This document shows, in pieces, positions 46,976 to 56,675 of a stretch of DNA of 64,000 nucleotides. Position 1 is the first letter of the stretch; each line of letters opens with the position of its first letter. A program made the translations under genes and the position numbers. The notes below the pieces were generated by a model that was given only the letters and a program-made list of their open reading frames with translations, ran no database searches and was not told where the DNA came from. This DNA comes from a virus: IMG/VR virus record IMGVR_UViG_3300022745_000018, positions 32,001 to 96,000 of that record. One strand, given 5' to 3'.

Positions 46976-47481
46976 ATTCCTGAGTTCAACGAATCGATGA
47001 TGGCATTCTCAGCAACAGTCAGCTGCAAGAACGTGCGATTGTATTTTTCCATACGAGCAATGTCCTTTTCACGGACACCCTTCAGACGTGTGATATCTGA
47101 ATTATGTTCAATGTCGCACTTCTTTACACGGATAACATCGATGCCACCAGAGATCACTTGCTTCACGTATTCTTCATGAGTTTGACCAGGCATCTTCGTC
47201 AGCTTGAAGATACCTTGAATGACGGCTTCCGAAACACCAGCGCTACGAAGATCATGAGCAGTGACTGAAGTATCTTCAAAGAGATCGTGACCGATGCACA
47301 TGCAGAGTGCTTCTACACTGGCATTGGTGATTCCGTAGTTCGTGCGGTAAATGTTCATGACCGTCATTGGATGGAGGATGTATGGGTATCCACCTTTATC
47401 AAATTGACCATTGTGAGCATTGGTTGCAATCACGATCATCGTATTGAGCATTTCGCCATTCTGTTTCATTGTGTTTTCCAT
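46972..47481 (-). CDS. HD-domain hydrolase (SpoT/Mesh1-like)
   Basis: AH.GQ.DKGG.PYILHP, HDLFEDT, LTK, VK..D..HN. Confidence 0.85.
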   Translation of the reverse strand: MENTMKQNGEMLNTMIVIATNAHNGQFDKGGYPYILHPMTVMNIYRTNYGITNASVEALCMCIGHDLFEDTSVTAHDLRSAGVSEAVIQGIFKLTKMPGQTHEEYVKQVISGGIDVIRVKKCDIEHNSDITRLKGVREKDIARMEKYNRTFLQLTVAENAIIDSLNSGM

Positions 47482-47482
47482 T

Positions 47483-47707
47483 TCAAAGTCCTTCGTCAAA
47501 AGCCGCGTGAATCAAACACATTTCAGTGACGAGATCGTCTACTTCTGCGGTTGTCAACAAATCAGCGGAAGACAACTTCGATACCGCGGTTGTATCGATA
47601 GCAGTGATGCCATGTTTTTCACGAAGAATATAAGCTGCTTGTTTGACTGCAAAACTAACAGGGTGTTTCTTTTCTGTCAGTTCTCTAACTGTGTAATACA
47701 TTTTCAT
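47483..47707 (-). CDS. Hypothetical protein
   Basis: GAGG SD, downstream of class-2 promoter. Confidence 0.5.
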   Translation of the reverse strand: MKMYYTVRELTEKKHPVSFAVKQAAYILREKHGITAIDTTAVSKLSSADLLTTAEVDDLVTEMCLIHAAFDEGL

Positions 47708-47739
47708 GCCGTACCTCAATTTGTTTTGTCGATGGATGA

Positions 47740-47766
47740 ATTTTATACAAGACTGCTTTATGTAGT
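47740..47766 (-). promoter_or_regulatory. Class-2 promoter ACTACA-N15-TAAAAT
   Basis: Repeat motif plus shared leader TCATCCATCGACAAA. Confidence 0.65.
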
Positions 47767-47776
47767 AGAAACAACC

Positions 47777-47799
47777 GAAGGACTGCATTGCAGTCCTTC
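47777..47799 (-). terminator. Terminator hairpin
   Basis: GAAGGACTGC-N3-GCAGTCCTTC after TAXI gene. Confidence 0.6.
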
Positions 47800-47819
47800 A
47801 TCTTTAGTTCAAAGTCAGA

Positions 47820-48752
47820 TTACTTTGATTTGAATGGAGTGATCTCAGATACTTGAGAATTGGGATTCGCTTCGTTCCAACCAGGTTCATATCGACCTTG
47901 TTTCAGTTCGTCCATGTTTGCAGTGATACATTGACGGAATGCAGCGACTGTTGCTTGACGAGCTCCAGTGAATTGACGAGTCACGATCATGTTCTGAACA
48001 CCCAATGAATTCATGTTGTAGACAGCAATGTTTTTGTAGTTCAGAGCTTTAACACGATAGGGGTCGGAAGCAGGAGCATCAAACGGAACCAATGTCAACC
48101 CAGAAGATTGAGACAGTGCACTGACTGTACCTGAAGGCCAACCAGAGACAGTGAATGCCGCGGCGACTTTGCCGTTCTTGACGAGAGCGAATGCTTCATT
48201 GTCAGACTTCACATCGACGAATTGGATTCCGTAACCATACTGCTTATCCAATTGGCGACCAAGGATCTGCGCAGTACCAACAACAGCGACAGTCTGTCCG
48301 CGGAGTTGCGAGAATGATTGGATCACTACTGTTTTCTGATCACCCTTCATGAATCCCAGTTTCTTTGGACCTTCAACATTGAAACCACCAGCAGCGACCA
48401 CGATGTGCAAGTAATTGCTGTTCACCGCCATCAAGTTTTGGAGAGCAGCGATGGTGTCGTCACCATTCTTCATCACTTTCCACGTATCCACTTGAACGAA
48501 GCCAACATCTGCTTTCTTGGTGGACAGAGCATTCAGATTGTCAAGACCGCCGCCCGTGGTTAGTTCACAGAGATTGACCTTTCGACCACAGACCTTCTTC
48601 ACATCAGCGAAGAGGTTCGAATACCCTTTGCCGGCAGGACCCGTTGCGACGGTCAGACCTTCACATTCTGCTGCAGGGGCATCGTCTACCTTTGCAGCAA
48701 TCGCGGAGAGTGCCACGCTGGCGCTCAACAGCATCATAATAACTTTTTTCAT
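47820..48752 (-). CDS. TAXI-type periplasmic solute-binding protein
   Basis: Signal peptide; VATGPAGKGYS, TGGGLDNL.AL...ADVGFVQ.D, LHIVV. Confidence 0.75.
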   Translation of the reverse strand: MKKVIMMLLSASVALSAIAAKVDDAPAAECEGLTVATGPAGKGYSNLFADVKKVCGRKVNLCELTTGGGLDNLNALSTKKADVGFVQVDTWKVMKNGDDTIAALQNLMAVNSNYLHIVVAAGGFNVEGPKKLGFMKGDQKTVVIQSFSQLRGQTVAVVGTAQILGRQLDKQYGYGIQFVDVKSDNEAFALVKNGKVAAAFTVSGWPSGTVSALSQSSGLTLVPFDAPASDPYRVKALNYKNIAVYNMNSLGVQNMIVTRQFTGARQATVAAFRQCITANMDELKQGRYEPGWNEANPNSQVSEITPFKSK

Positions 48753-48764
48753 TTCAGTTGTTCC

Positions 48765-48905
48765 TTAAAAATTGAACTTGGATTGAGATTGAGGTTGTTG
48801 GATTGTGTTAGTTGGTTGATTTGCATCAGGTGCCGAGAGGTACCCGATGACGATGATGGCAACCAACACGACCATCAGCGTATATTTAAGAATCTTGTAG
48901 AACAT
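48765..48905 (-). CDS. 46-aa single-TM peptide
   Basis: Manually read MFYKILKYTLMVVLVAIIVIGYLSAPD...; AGGAG SD. Confidence 0.55.
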   Translation of the reverse strand: MFYKILKYTLMVVLVAIIVIGYLSAPDANQPTNTIQQPQSQSKFNF

Positions 48906-48917
48906 CAGTCGTACTCC

Positions 48918-49646
48918 TTAGACTTTTGCTGTAAGGTTGATTGCGGACACATCAATCGTCATGCCTGCATCAAACTTGAGTTGTTTGGCATCCGTCAGTT
49001 TCACGGATTCCATTTCAAGTTCAGCGAACACTCGATTGAAGTTGTCTGCTACGGAAGTAAATGCTTCATCGGCAAGCAGCGTATCCATGATCTGTTTACC
49101 AGATGCGGAATTCAAACTATTGAGAGCGGCATCGCCAGCAGTTTTGAACTTCCATTGGAATTCGCGATCCTCCACAGCCAAACGAAGTTCGTCCAATGCA
49201 GTTAGTGCTGCTTGATACTTCCCAACCAGATTCTGATGTGCATCCGTCATTGCGATGATAGCACGTTCTTGTGCAGATGCATCGTAATCTTTTCGTTCTC
49301 GTTTTCGCTGAGCGACCATGTCTTTCAGAGAAGTAATCTGTGCACCAATTGCAGCGACTGCTTGTTTGAATTCATTCACTTGCCGAGTCTTCTGCATCAG
49401 ATAGTTCTGTAATTGTTCGATTGGATTGTTTCGCGCTTCTGCTTTTCGCAACGAAAGAACCCAGTTTTCCATCTTCTGACCTAGGAACGGAATCAATTGA
49501 ATGACGCCCATTCCAACCAAACCGATTACACCCAAAGCAAGAAGGCCAACTCCTGCACTAACAGCAGCCCAGATGACTGGTGCAATAACCGCTAGCAGAA
49601 GAACTGCCCCAGCCGCAAATAGACCACGAAACACTTTTTGATTCAT
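48918..49646 (-). CDS. Membrane-anchored coiled-coil protein (PspA/IM30-like)
   Basis: Two N-terminal TM helices, NPIEQL then long coiled coil. Confidence 0.55.
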   Translation of the reverse strand: MNQKVFRGLFAAGAVLLLAVIAPVIWAAVSAGVGLLALGVIGLVGMGVIQLIPFLGQKMENWVLSLRKAEARNNPIEQLQNYLMQKTRQVNEFKQAVAAIGAQITSLKDMVAQRKRERKDYDASAQERAIIAMTDAHQNLVGKYQAALTALDELRLAVEDREFQWKFKTAGDAALNSLNSASGKQIMDTLLADEAFTSVADNFNRVFAELEMESVKLTDAKQLKFDAGMTIDVSAINLTAKV

Positions 49647-49658
49647 AATGATTTTCCT

Positions 49659-50216
49659 TTAGATTGAAACGCAATTCTTGAATGTATTAGCGAACTCTTG
49701 AATTCGCTCTGGTGTGCTCTCAATAGCAAGACGATTGCGCATTCGATCAACCACTTCGTTCGGAACTCCGTGGACATTCCCGTAATCGGAATTCAGTTGA
49801 ATGAAGGCGACATCTGCTTTACCGCGATCGTTGATGATTGCTTCAATGTACCGAGCCATGTGAAGCAATTCAATGTTGGTGTTACAGAGAATGACACGAC
49901 GACCGATAGCGATATGATGAACGAATGTCTCGAAACACCAATCATGAGCTCGCCCAAGATGTTTTGCTTGGAAATCATAGAAACCATCTGGACGAATCCA
50001 ATAATCATCAGTTTCTAAAACCACCGCATAATCATCGATAGATAGACCTTCACGATCGCCGAACTCATCGGAAATTTCCTTGGCCATCGTTGACTTACCA
50101 GATCCCGGTGCACCACGCATGAAGATCGCATCGAGATCTAATAGATCATCAATCTTAGGAAGACTGTTGAAAGTTGTGATTCTGACATTCACGTCATTTG
50201 TGTAAATCGTAGGCAT
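49659..50216 (-). CDS. P-loop kinase (AAA_33 / polynucleotide-kinase-like)
   Basis: MRGAPGSGKST, ETDDY, AH.WC, NTN, NVHGVP...RM. Confidence 0.8.
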   Translation of the reverse strand: MPTIYTNDVNVRITTFNSLPKIDDLLDLDAIFMRGAPGSGKSTMAKEISDEFGDREGLSIDDYAVVLETDDYWIRPDGFYDFQAKHLGRAHDWCFETFVHHIAIGRRVILCNTNIELLHMARYIEAIINDRGKADVAFIQLNSDYGNVHGVPNEVVDRMRNRLAIESTPERIQEFANTFKNCVSI

Positions 50217-50217
50217 G

Positions 50218-50403
50218 TTAGTTTCCGAAGTAGATCGCAATACTCGCCACCGTGAAAACAATCGCAGTTTTGAATGGTGTCGCGGAATATGTACAGAACA
50301 CATTACCACGTTTGATCTCGGCAGTATACCCAGTGTATTCCAATGCGAACCAAATCCACGAAAGGACGGACATGATGACGAAGAAGATCAAAAAGGTTTT
50401 CAT
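50218..50403 (-). CDS. Small 2-TM protein
   Basis: Hydrophobic ORF in operon. Confidence 0.45.
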   Translation of the reverse strand: MKTFLIFFVIMSVLSWIWFALEYTGYTAEIKRGNVFCTYSATPFKTAIVFTVASIAIYFGN

Positions 50404-50405
50404 GA

Positions 50406-50633
50406 TTAGAATTTCCACCGATAGATCGTCCCATATGAAAACGACGGAACTTCTCCACCTCCGTCACCCCAAATTTCACCGTCGTAAGACCATTCCCAAT
50501 CATCGTGAGGATCGCCGGAAAGGTCAACACCTTCTGCTTGAGCTTTGGCGTAGACATACATCGCATGATAAAACGCAACTTTGAATTCCGTTGCATTGTA
50601 CCGAAAATGTTTGATTTGAGGGTCGGACATCAT
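50406..50633 (-). CDS. Hypothetical protein
   Basis: Downstream of class-2 promoter. Confidence 0.5.
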   Translation of the reverse strand: MMSDPQIKHFRYNATEFKVAFYHAMYVYAKAQAEGVDLSGDPHDDWEWSYDGEIWGDGGGEVPSFSYGTIYRWKF

Positions 50634-50661
50634 AAACCTTAATTTCTTTGTCGTTGGATGA

Positions 50662-50688
50662 ATTTTATACAACCATCAATCATGTAGT
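50662..50688 (-). promoter_or_regulatory. Class-2 promoter ACTACA-N15-TAAAAT
   Basis: Repeat motif. Confidence 0.65.
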
Positions 50689-51552
50689 CGTTTTGTTCTC
50701 AAAATCCAAAAACAAGAACTCATTGAATCCTGTATTCTGTTGAGATAAACCACCATACCCTCTTGGGTTGCAGATAATATTTGTGTTATTGATTTCGTAA
50801 TCCATCGCATCATGCATATGTCCGTGGATCCAGTAATCAGCCGCAAAATCTGGATCGTACATCATATCAGATAGTTCGGTGTAATATCCGAAATTCAAGT
50901 CCGTGTATTGAAAATTTCGATACTTGGAGTGTACGGATCTATATGATGGGGCATGGTGTGTCACCACGACGACGGATTGCTCTGGATAATCACGTTTAGC
51001 GTTAGCCTCAATACAAGCCAATGTTTTCTTGTGCTCATTGAAAAAGTCCATTGCTTGAACTTTACGAGAATTGCCATCAGTACGCATATACCGACTGTCA
51101 TTCATACCATTCATGACACCATAAACGACTAGAGGGTTCATGTTGTTGAAACTGGTCCAAAGAGTACCGCCGACAAACTTGATGTCGTCAATCGTGATCG
51201 TGGAGTTGTGCAGAATCTGAACATTAGTGACTTCTTGCTCAACCAAATGTGCTCTACATTTCTCAACGATCGTGTCTATCGAAGCATCCCAATAGTCATG
51301 GTTACCCAGAACGATCACAACAGCATGGAACGTCTTAGCGACATTCTTAATCCAAGAATCTTGATCATGTCGCCGTTTGAATGCTTCATCCGCGACCCAA
51401 ATGTCGCCAGCGATCACCAAAATTGATTCTGCATCATCTTTGTGTGGTGTTGGCGACCAGATGATGTCAAACTCTCGCATCCCGTGTTTGAATTTTGCCG
51501 TGAATGACATATCCAAATGGATGTCAGAGATGACTCTGAGTTTTCTTTTCAT
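50680..51552 (-). CDS. Calcineurin-like metallophosphoesterase
   Basis: SDIH, AGD, GNHD, THHAP, HGHMH, NPRGY. Confidence 0.92.
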   Translation of the reverse strand: MKRKLRVISDIHLDMSFTAKFKHGMREFDIIWSPTPHKDDAESILVIAGDIWVADEAFKRRHDQDSWIKNVAKTFHAVVIVLGNHDYWDASIDTIVEKCRAHLVEQEVTNVQILHNSTITIDDIKFVGGTLWTSFNNMNPLVVYGVMNGMNDSRYMRTDGNSRKVQAMDFFNEHKKTLACIEANAKRDYPEQSVVVVTHHAPSYRSVHSKYRNFQYTDLNFGYYTELSDMMYDPDFAADYWIHGHMHDAMDYEINNTNIICNPRGYGGLSQQNTGFNEFLFLDFENKTTT

Positions 51553-51556
51553 AGGA

Positions 51557-51931
51557 TTAGAACTTGATGTAGATGGTCCACGAGCAATCAGTTACACCCT
51601 CAGCATCATATCCGAAGCCGTTGAGGATGAAGAGGATTGTTGGCAAGACGTCAGTTTCCCATTCATGGAGATCTTTAATTCTCTCAAAGATGACTTTGTT
51701 GTCATCCGAAACATCTGCAAGCATATCCCTTATATCGTTGAAATGATGCTTCACGTAGAAACCGTATGTACGTGGTTCTGACTTTCTTAGCAAAACCACC
51801 ATCTCTTCCATTCCCTTGATGATGATCTCAACGACACCAGTACAGACTGCATGAAGAGCGGCAGTATTCTCAGTAACAGCACGCTCTTTGATAGCCCGCA
51901 ATTCTGTAGCGTGTTTTATCTTAAGTTCCAT
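51557..51931 (-). CDS. Hypothetical protein
   Basis: ORF downstream of class-2 promoter 51965-51991. Confidence 0.55.
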   Translation of the reverse strand: MELKIKHATELRAIKERAVTENTAALHAVCTGVVEIIIKGMEEMVVLLRKSEPRTYGFYVKHHFNDIRDMLADVSDDNKVIFERIKDLHEWETDVLPTILFILNGFGYDAEGVTDCSWTIYIKF

Positions 51932-51979
51932 AACAATTTCACCTTTTCAGTTGACGATGGTGTTATTGTAATGCAATGC

Positions 51980-52171
51980 TTATTTTGTGGTTGAATCACA
52001 AGTAACGATCCACAGTGGATTGGTGGCAGGATAGCTTGGATACATCGGTGCTTGATAAGGTGGCACATATTCTGGACCACGATCGAGAAGCAGCGCCAAC
52101 TCCAAAACAATTTCTTCCAGCTTCTTCACTCTGTCTTGGAGATCATGAATCTGTTCTTCAGGCGTTTTCAT
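51980..52171 (-). CDS. Hypothetical protein
   Basis: ATGA-coupled small ORF. Confidence 0.5.
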   Translation of the reverse strand: MKTPEEQIHDLQDRVKKLEEIVLELALLLDRGPEYVPPYQAPMYPSYPATNPLWIVTCDSTTK

Positions 52172-52377
52172 TCAAACCCATCCTGTGCAGCTCCACTAAT
52201 TTTTCTGATGACACTTGGAGCACCTGCATCATCAAAACCACCGAAGATAGCGATTGTAATCAATACGATGAAAATCACTACAACGAAAACGGCCGAGAGT
52301 ACTGCTTGGAGCAAAAGATCCAAAATTGCAGCCAATCTTCTAATTGCTGTCCAAAAGAAACGTTTGATCAAGTCCAT
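52168..52377 (-). CDS. Small membrane protein
   Basis: Long hydrophobic stretch. Confidence 0.5.
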   Translation of the reverse strand: MDLIKRFFWTAIRRLAAILDLLLQAVLSAVFVVVIFIVLITIAIFGGFDDAGAPSVIRKISGAAQDGFE

Positions 52378-53075
52378 AGATACTTTCTGAGTTCAATGAT
52401 TTCTTTCAAGAAATGCGTCATCTTCTCGTCGTACTCTTTTTCAAGACGAGTAATTTCTTGATAGTCTTTGTAATCATATGCGCTATCCCAGAAAGGTTTC
52501 GTTTCTTTCGCGAACTTGTAGACTCCAATGATCCGTTCGTGAGCGGTTCTACCCTCTTCGTCTCTAATATCGGAAGTAGCTTGGAACGACAACCAATCAA
52601 TACCCAGCTTGGCTCTAACAGAAGGATCTGCTTTGATCATTGCTTTGTACTCTTTGCGAAGGCTTTCATTGGCACACCACACCGTCATGTGGCTGCATTC
52701 AACTTCAACGAAGTCAACAACAGCAGTCAATAGTGCATCCGGAATGCGTTCACATAGGTCGTACCATTCACCCGGTCTACCTTCTCTAGTTCTAAGGACA
52801 TGCGTCTTGTTTCGACGGCAACGGATATTAGCAGATAGACCACGATAAGTCTTTTCTGGGAATCGGATAACATCCCAGAATGCTGTATTGACTTTCAGTA
52901 GAGCATACCCTACCTTAGAAGATTCCTTTAGAATCCTGTCGCGTTCACCGAATTCAAATAAGGCAACTCGTGGAGTCACCATCTTGAATGTCTTGATGAT
53001 TAGATCATCAATGTAAAATTCAACAGATGATAAGCGATCACTAAACATTTCATTCAACTTTCGGTTTGCCAGCAA
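52368..53075 (-). CDS. Hypothetical protein
   Basis: 235-aa ORF ending LRKYLWT; start uncertain. Confidence 0.6.
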   Translation of the reverse strand: MLANRKLNEMFSDRLSSVEFYIDDLIIKTFKMVTPRVALFEFGERDRILKESSKVGYALLKVNTAFWDVIRFPEKTYRGLSANIRCRRNKTHVLRTREGRPGEWYDLCERIPDALLTAVVDFVEVECSHMTVWCANESLRKEYKAMIKADPSVRAKLGIDWLSFQATSDIRDEEGRTAHERIIGVYKFAKETKPFWDSAYDYKDYQEITRLEKEYDEKMTHFLKEIIELRKYLWT

Positions 53076-53141
53076 GCAGACTATTGACCATCATTTGGTA
53101 CACAGCAACGACAATTTTTTCTTTTTTGGACATACGATACC

Positions 53142-53348
53142 TTAGATGTTTGTTTCAATGACTTCGCGGAGACGCTTTGGAAACTTTGGAAACTTCTCAC
53201 TGACGAATACTTTCTTAGTGTAATCGAAACCACGAACCATCATCATATCAGTGAACTCTTTATGCAATTCACGTTTGGCTGCATACGAATTCGTCAGTTC
53301 CTCAACGAATTCACTTTGATACTTTGATTCAATTTGTTTCATTTTCAT
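53142..53348 (-). CDS. Hypothetical protein
   Basis: ATGA overlap with ligase stop. Confidence 0.5.
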   Translation of the reverse strand: MKMKQIESKYQSEFVEELTNSYAAKRELHKEFTDMMMVRGFDYTKKVFVSEKFPKFPKRLREVIETNI

Positions 53349-54679
53349 TCTCCAGAAATTGTGCGGAAATCTTCAGCGGCGGTCGTGGTGTTCTTGTCAT
53401 CCCGCCACTTATTGAATCGAGGAAGAAACAGACTTGCTGTTGCGGAATTTCTAGCACGAATCAGTTCGTTGTATTGAATCTCTGCGATTCGCCCAACGAA
53501 CTCACCGGGATCTTCATTGCGCATCTTGTCTGTCATACCGGAACAATTGACTCGAACTTTACCATCGTCAGTCTCAAAAACCAGAGAACCGATCATTCCT
53601 TCGTATTTACCATTTCCTGGATTGAAGCCAACACAGCGCATATCCGCTGGATCTTCGTCACCTTCCTTCAGCTTCAGAATTTTGGTGCTCCGGATATCGG
53701 CCCAAGGTTCATCCTGCTCTTTCAACATAGATCCCTCCTGCCCAAGATCTCGAAGTTCTTGGAAGTGCTTCTGAGCATCCTCGATGCTATAAACAAGCTT
53801 TCCAGGAATGTGCGACAATGAATATGGAGAAACTGCTGTAGCGAGTTTCACAAACTCTGATGTTTTCTGACGACGAGCGGTATAAGGCGAAGCATATCCG
53901 CGTTTCCAGAAATCATCAATTGGAATGACGTCCCAAGCAACAAGGTGGAGTCGTGCAGCCTCTTCTTCGGAGATAGTACCTTTCACTGCTTTGTTAGCAA
54001 TACCATTGGCGGTTTTGCGATCGAGGAATTTACCCTTTGCATCAACCGACAGAAGTTCTCCATCAATTACATGACCGCGAAGTTCTGGGATTGAACCGAG
54101 GAAATCGAATTTTCCATGGACGGTCATATCATTGAAACCGCGAGTGTACAGTTCCACTTCACCGGTTTTCTTAATTGCAATGTGGGTGCGGCATCCATCA
54201 GATTTCAGTTCAGACCAGACACCTTTCTGCCAATTGAATTGCTCAGCCAATTTGGATGAGAATGGTTTAGCAAGCATGCAAGGTAAAGATGGCACCAAAC
54301 CTGGCCAAACTTTATCCACAGAAGAATCTACACCGCAATCTGGTTTTTTCTGCAAGATTGCGTGAACGAGTTTCTGAGTTTCTACGTCCAACATAGACAG
54401 AATCTGCGTGATTCGTTCGCGAGCGGCATTCCCTGTGTATTTACGGGATGCGATATCTGCAACCAAGCAATCCATCGCCCATTGCAATGCACCATCACCA
54501 CTCTCGGCACCTGTTGGTGCATCAATCCGTTTCTTCTGATAGAAGTTGATACGTGGATTCAGACACAATTCAAACCAACGTTTAAGAACGAGATTTGAGG
54601 AATTTTCTTCAAGCAACTGCACTTTGACTTTCTTGGAACCAACAGCTGCGATGGCACTAACAACGTCTTTGACTTGCAT
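53345..54679 (-). CDS. gp30: ATP-dependent DNA ligase (gp30-like)
   Basis: MLA, KSDG.R, IDGEL, WD, EGSMLK, R...KLK, LFLPRF..R.DK. Confidence 0.93.
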   Translation of the reverse strand: MQVKDVVSAIAAVGSKKVKVQLLEENSSNLVLKRWFELCLNPRINFYQKKRIDAPTGAESGDGALQWAMDCLVADIASRKYTGNAARERITQILSMLDVETQKLVHAILQKKPDCGVDSSVDKVWPGLVPSLPCMLAKPFSSKLAEQFNWQKGVWSELKSDGCRTHIAIKKTGEVELYTRGFNDMTVHGKFDFLGSIPELRGHVIDGELLSVDAKGKFLDRKTANGIANKAVKGTISEEEAARLHLVAWDVIPIDDFWKRGYASPYTARRQKTSEFVKLATAVSPYSLSHIPGKLVYSIEDAQKHFQELRDLGQEGSMLKEQDEPWADIRSTKILKLKEGDEDPADMRCVGFNPGNGKYEGMIGSLVFETDDGKVRVNCSGMTDKMRNEDPGEFVGRIAEIQYNELIRARNSATASLFLPRFNKWRDDKNTTTAAEDFRTISGE

Positions 54680-54712
54680 ATTTCACTTTGAATGATTAAG
54701 TATGATGAAACT

Positions 54713-54739
54713 ATTGTAACAAACCAACGATCATGTGGT
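54713..54739 (-). promoter_or_regulatory. Class-2 promoter ACCACA-N15-TACAAT upstream of ligase
   Basis: Repeat motif. Confidence 0.6.
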
Positions 54740-54951
54740 TAATCACCATAGTCTTTGAAGTTACCCAGATGTTCATTGAAGTTGTAACCAGCATGATACG
54801 CAGCATGCTCTTCTGGTGTACTTGCAGCAACACGTTTGAAGTCCGGAGCAGTCATTTTATGTGGATTCGGGCGGCGGCGATAGTAACTATCTGCTTTACC
54901 ACGATCGTAGAATGAGCCGCGCGATTTGTCGTATTTTGTGGTTTCGTCCAT
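54739..54951 (-). CDS. Small phage protein
   Basis: GS.YDRG.ADSYY.R..NPH...Y.AGY...KDYG. Confidence 0.65.
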   Translation of the reverse strand: MDETTKYDKSRGSFYDRGKADSYYRRRPNPHKMTAPDFKRVAASTPEEHAAYHAGYNFNEHLGNFKDYGD

Positions 54952-54961
54952 ATATCATCCT

Positions 54962-55195
54962 TTACTTGTGATATTTATAGACTCTACCCAAAACCAATGT
55001 CGCTAAGGTCTCTGTGGTACGACCGAGGTAATTGACGCTCTTCACGCGAGCTTGTGGATAACCACTAGGCGACATCCCAATGTATGTACCAGATTTGACT
55101 TTGGTACTTCTATAACCCCGACAGATACAAAGCACAGATTCACCAGGTTCGATCTCTTGACCAAGATGATTCACAAATTTTGTTGCTACCGTCAT
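54962..55195 (-). CDS. Hypothetical protein
   Basis: Co-oriented small ORF. Confidence 0.5.
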   Translation of the reverse strand: MTVATKFVNHLGQEIEPGESVLCICRGYRSTKVKSGTYIGMSPSGYPQARVKSVNYLGRTTETLATLVLGRVYKYHK

Positions 55196-55396
55196 TTAGA
55201 CGCTTTCCTTTTCAAGTTGTTGATAGATCCACTCATCTGGATCACCCGTGCGAGCTTTCGCGGTACCGTAAGGCATTTCTCCAGTAGAGAGATAGTGCTC
55301 AAACAGTCGACCCATACACCCTTCACTCAATTCACTGATCTCTCCAGTACGGAGCTTAGCGATTTCTTCATGATCTTCCGGTGTAATGTATTTCAT
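55196..55396 (-). CDS. Small phage protein
   Basis: GEMPYGTAKARTGDPDEWI. Confidence 0.6.
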   Translation of the reverse strand: MKYITPEDHEEIAKLRTGEISELSEGCMGRLFEHYLSTGEMPYGTAKARTGDPDEWIYQQLEKESV

Positions 55397-55428
55397 GGTG
55401 TTTCCTTAAATGCGATGATGAAATTGTA

Positions 55429-55683
55429 TCACCGCAGTTCTAATGTAGCATTTTTCATTAGACGCTTCTTGTATCGCTCCAATTTCTCAGCCACGATGGT
55501 ACGAGTTGATCTGAATTCAATTTCTATGATTACGCCAATTGTTGTGTAGCGTACATCAATGGATTCAACGAATGGCGAATTCTTCCTACTCTGGAGCTTC
55601 TTCACGATCGTCATTGCTTTTCTCCAGTAATTTGGACCATCATCAACTTCATTGACATGTCGTGTCACCGTGAACTTTGTCAT
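55429..55683 (-). CDS. Hypothetical protein
   Basis: ATGA-coupled ORF. Confidence 0.5.
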   Translation of the reverse strand: MTKFTVTRHVNEVDDGPNYWRKAMTIVKKLQSRKNSPFVESIDVRYTTIGVIIEIEFRSTRTIVAEKLERYKKRLMKNATLELR

Positions 55684-56015
55684 TTCCCAGACTCCAATCT
55701 TTTCACTATAGAATCGATGATTGGATTCTGTGGAGCGGAAAAAGCATCAATGCCGCGTTCCTTAACTAGTTGGCCGCATAAAGCATATGCCCAAGTCAAA
55801 CGTTCATACAGTTCATCCTCAATCTGAAGATGTTCCTTGATGACTGTTTTGTACTCTCTAGTCCGTTCCCATGGAATGAAAAACCACTTAAACCAGAACG
55901 ATGCTGCGTGTTTCGACCTTAGTGAGTTTCTGACGTCTTCATGGTTCTTACAGACATCTCTGTAATGCTCTTCCCAATCATCAATTTCTCTAAACAGATT
56001 TTCGATCATTGACAT
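55680..56015 (-). CDS. Hypothetical protein
   Basis: Coupled ORF. Confidence 0.5.
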   Translation of the reverse strand: MSMIENLFREIDDWEEHYRDVCKNHEDVRNSLRSKHAASFWFKWFFIPWERTREYKTVIKEHLQIEDELYERLTWAYALCGQLVKERGIDAFSAPQNPIIDSIVKRLESGK

Positions 56016-56482
56016 CAGATACTCCAGACAGTGACATCACGATCACTCAGTCTTGTTTCAACAATGGACGAAATGATTCTCCAATCACCTCCACCCAAAC
56101 CTGCACCAATCTTTGGCATATGAATTTGCTGCTTCGTTGCTCGTACAAATTTTCCCACTACATCCAATGCAGCATCGACTGCATCATACGACACATATTT
56201 CCGCCCATCGTTGCCATAGTACTTTTGAGTAATCGCGTTCGCGATCATTAGCGTCGGAGCCACTTCAACAAGAACGACTTGACCTAGAAGATCGTCGGTC
56301 TCAACTAAACAGTATGCATCGTTGTATGCTTTGCACTTATCACTGTATGGTGTAAAGATCTCTGGGTGCATATTTCGTAGTGCTTTCGCTACACCAGAAC
56401 CCATGACGCCTTGACAATTACATCCATGAACGATCACACCAGATTTCACTTGGGTGATATCACCTTGACGATAAGTAATCAT
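56015..56482 (-). CDS. Macrodomain protein (ADP-ribose processing, T4 Tk.4-like)
   Basis: GDI, HGCNCQGVMGSGVA, NAITQ, PKIGAGLGGGDW. Confidence 0.9.
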   Translation of the reverse strand: MITYRQGDITQVKSGVIVHGCNCQGVMGSGVAKALRNMHPEIFTPYSDKCKAYNDAYCLVETDDLLGQVVLVEVAPTLMIANAITQKYYGNDGRKYVSYDAVDAALDVVGKFVRATKQQIHMPKIGAGLGGGDWRIISSIVETRLSDRDVTVWSI

Positions 56483-56675
56483 TCGTGTTCCTTGTTGAAT
56501 TGGTTTACGTCAGAATCAGAATACACATCTGTCTTGATTTTAGACCATTGAATTGGTTTGAATTTCTGGCATGCATCAGCCGAATCACCAGTGTTTACGG
56601 GAATGTCGTAGAACTCGCACACATGTTTGCCAGTGTACTTATTGTTGGACAACCATTCACACCCACCACAACTTC

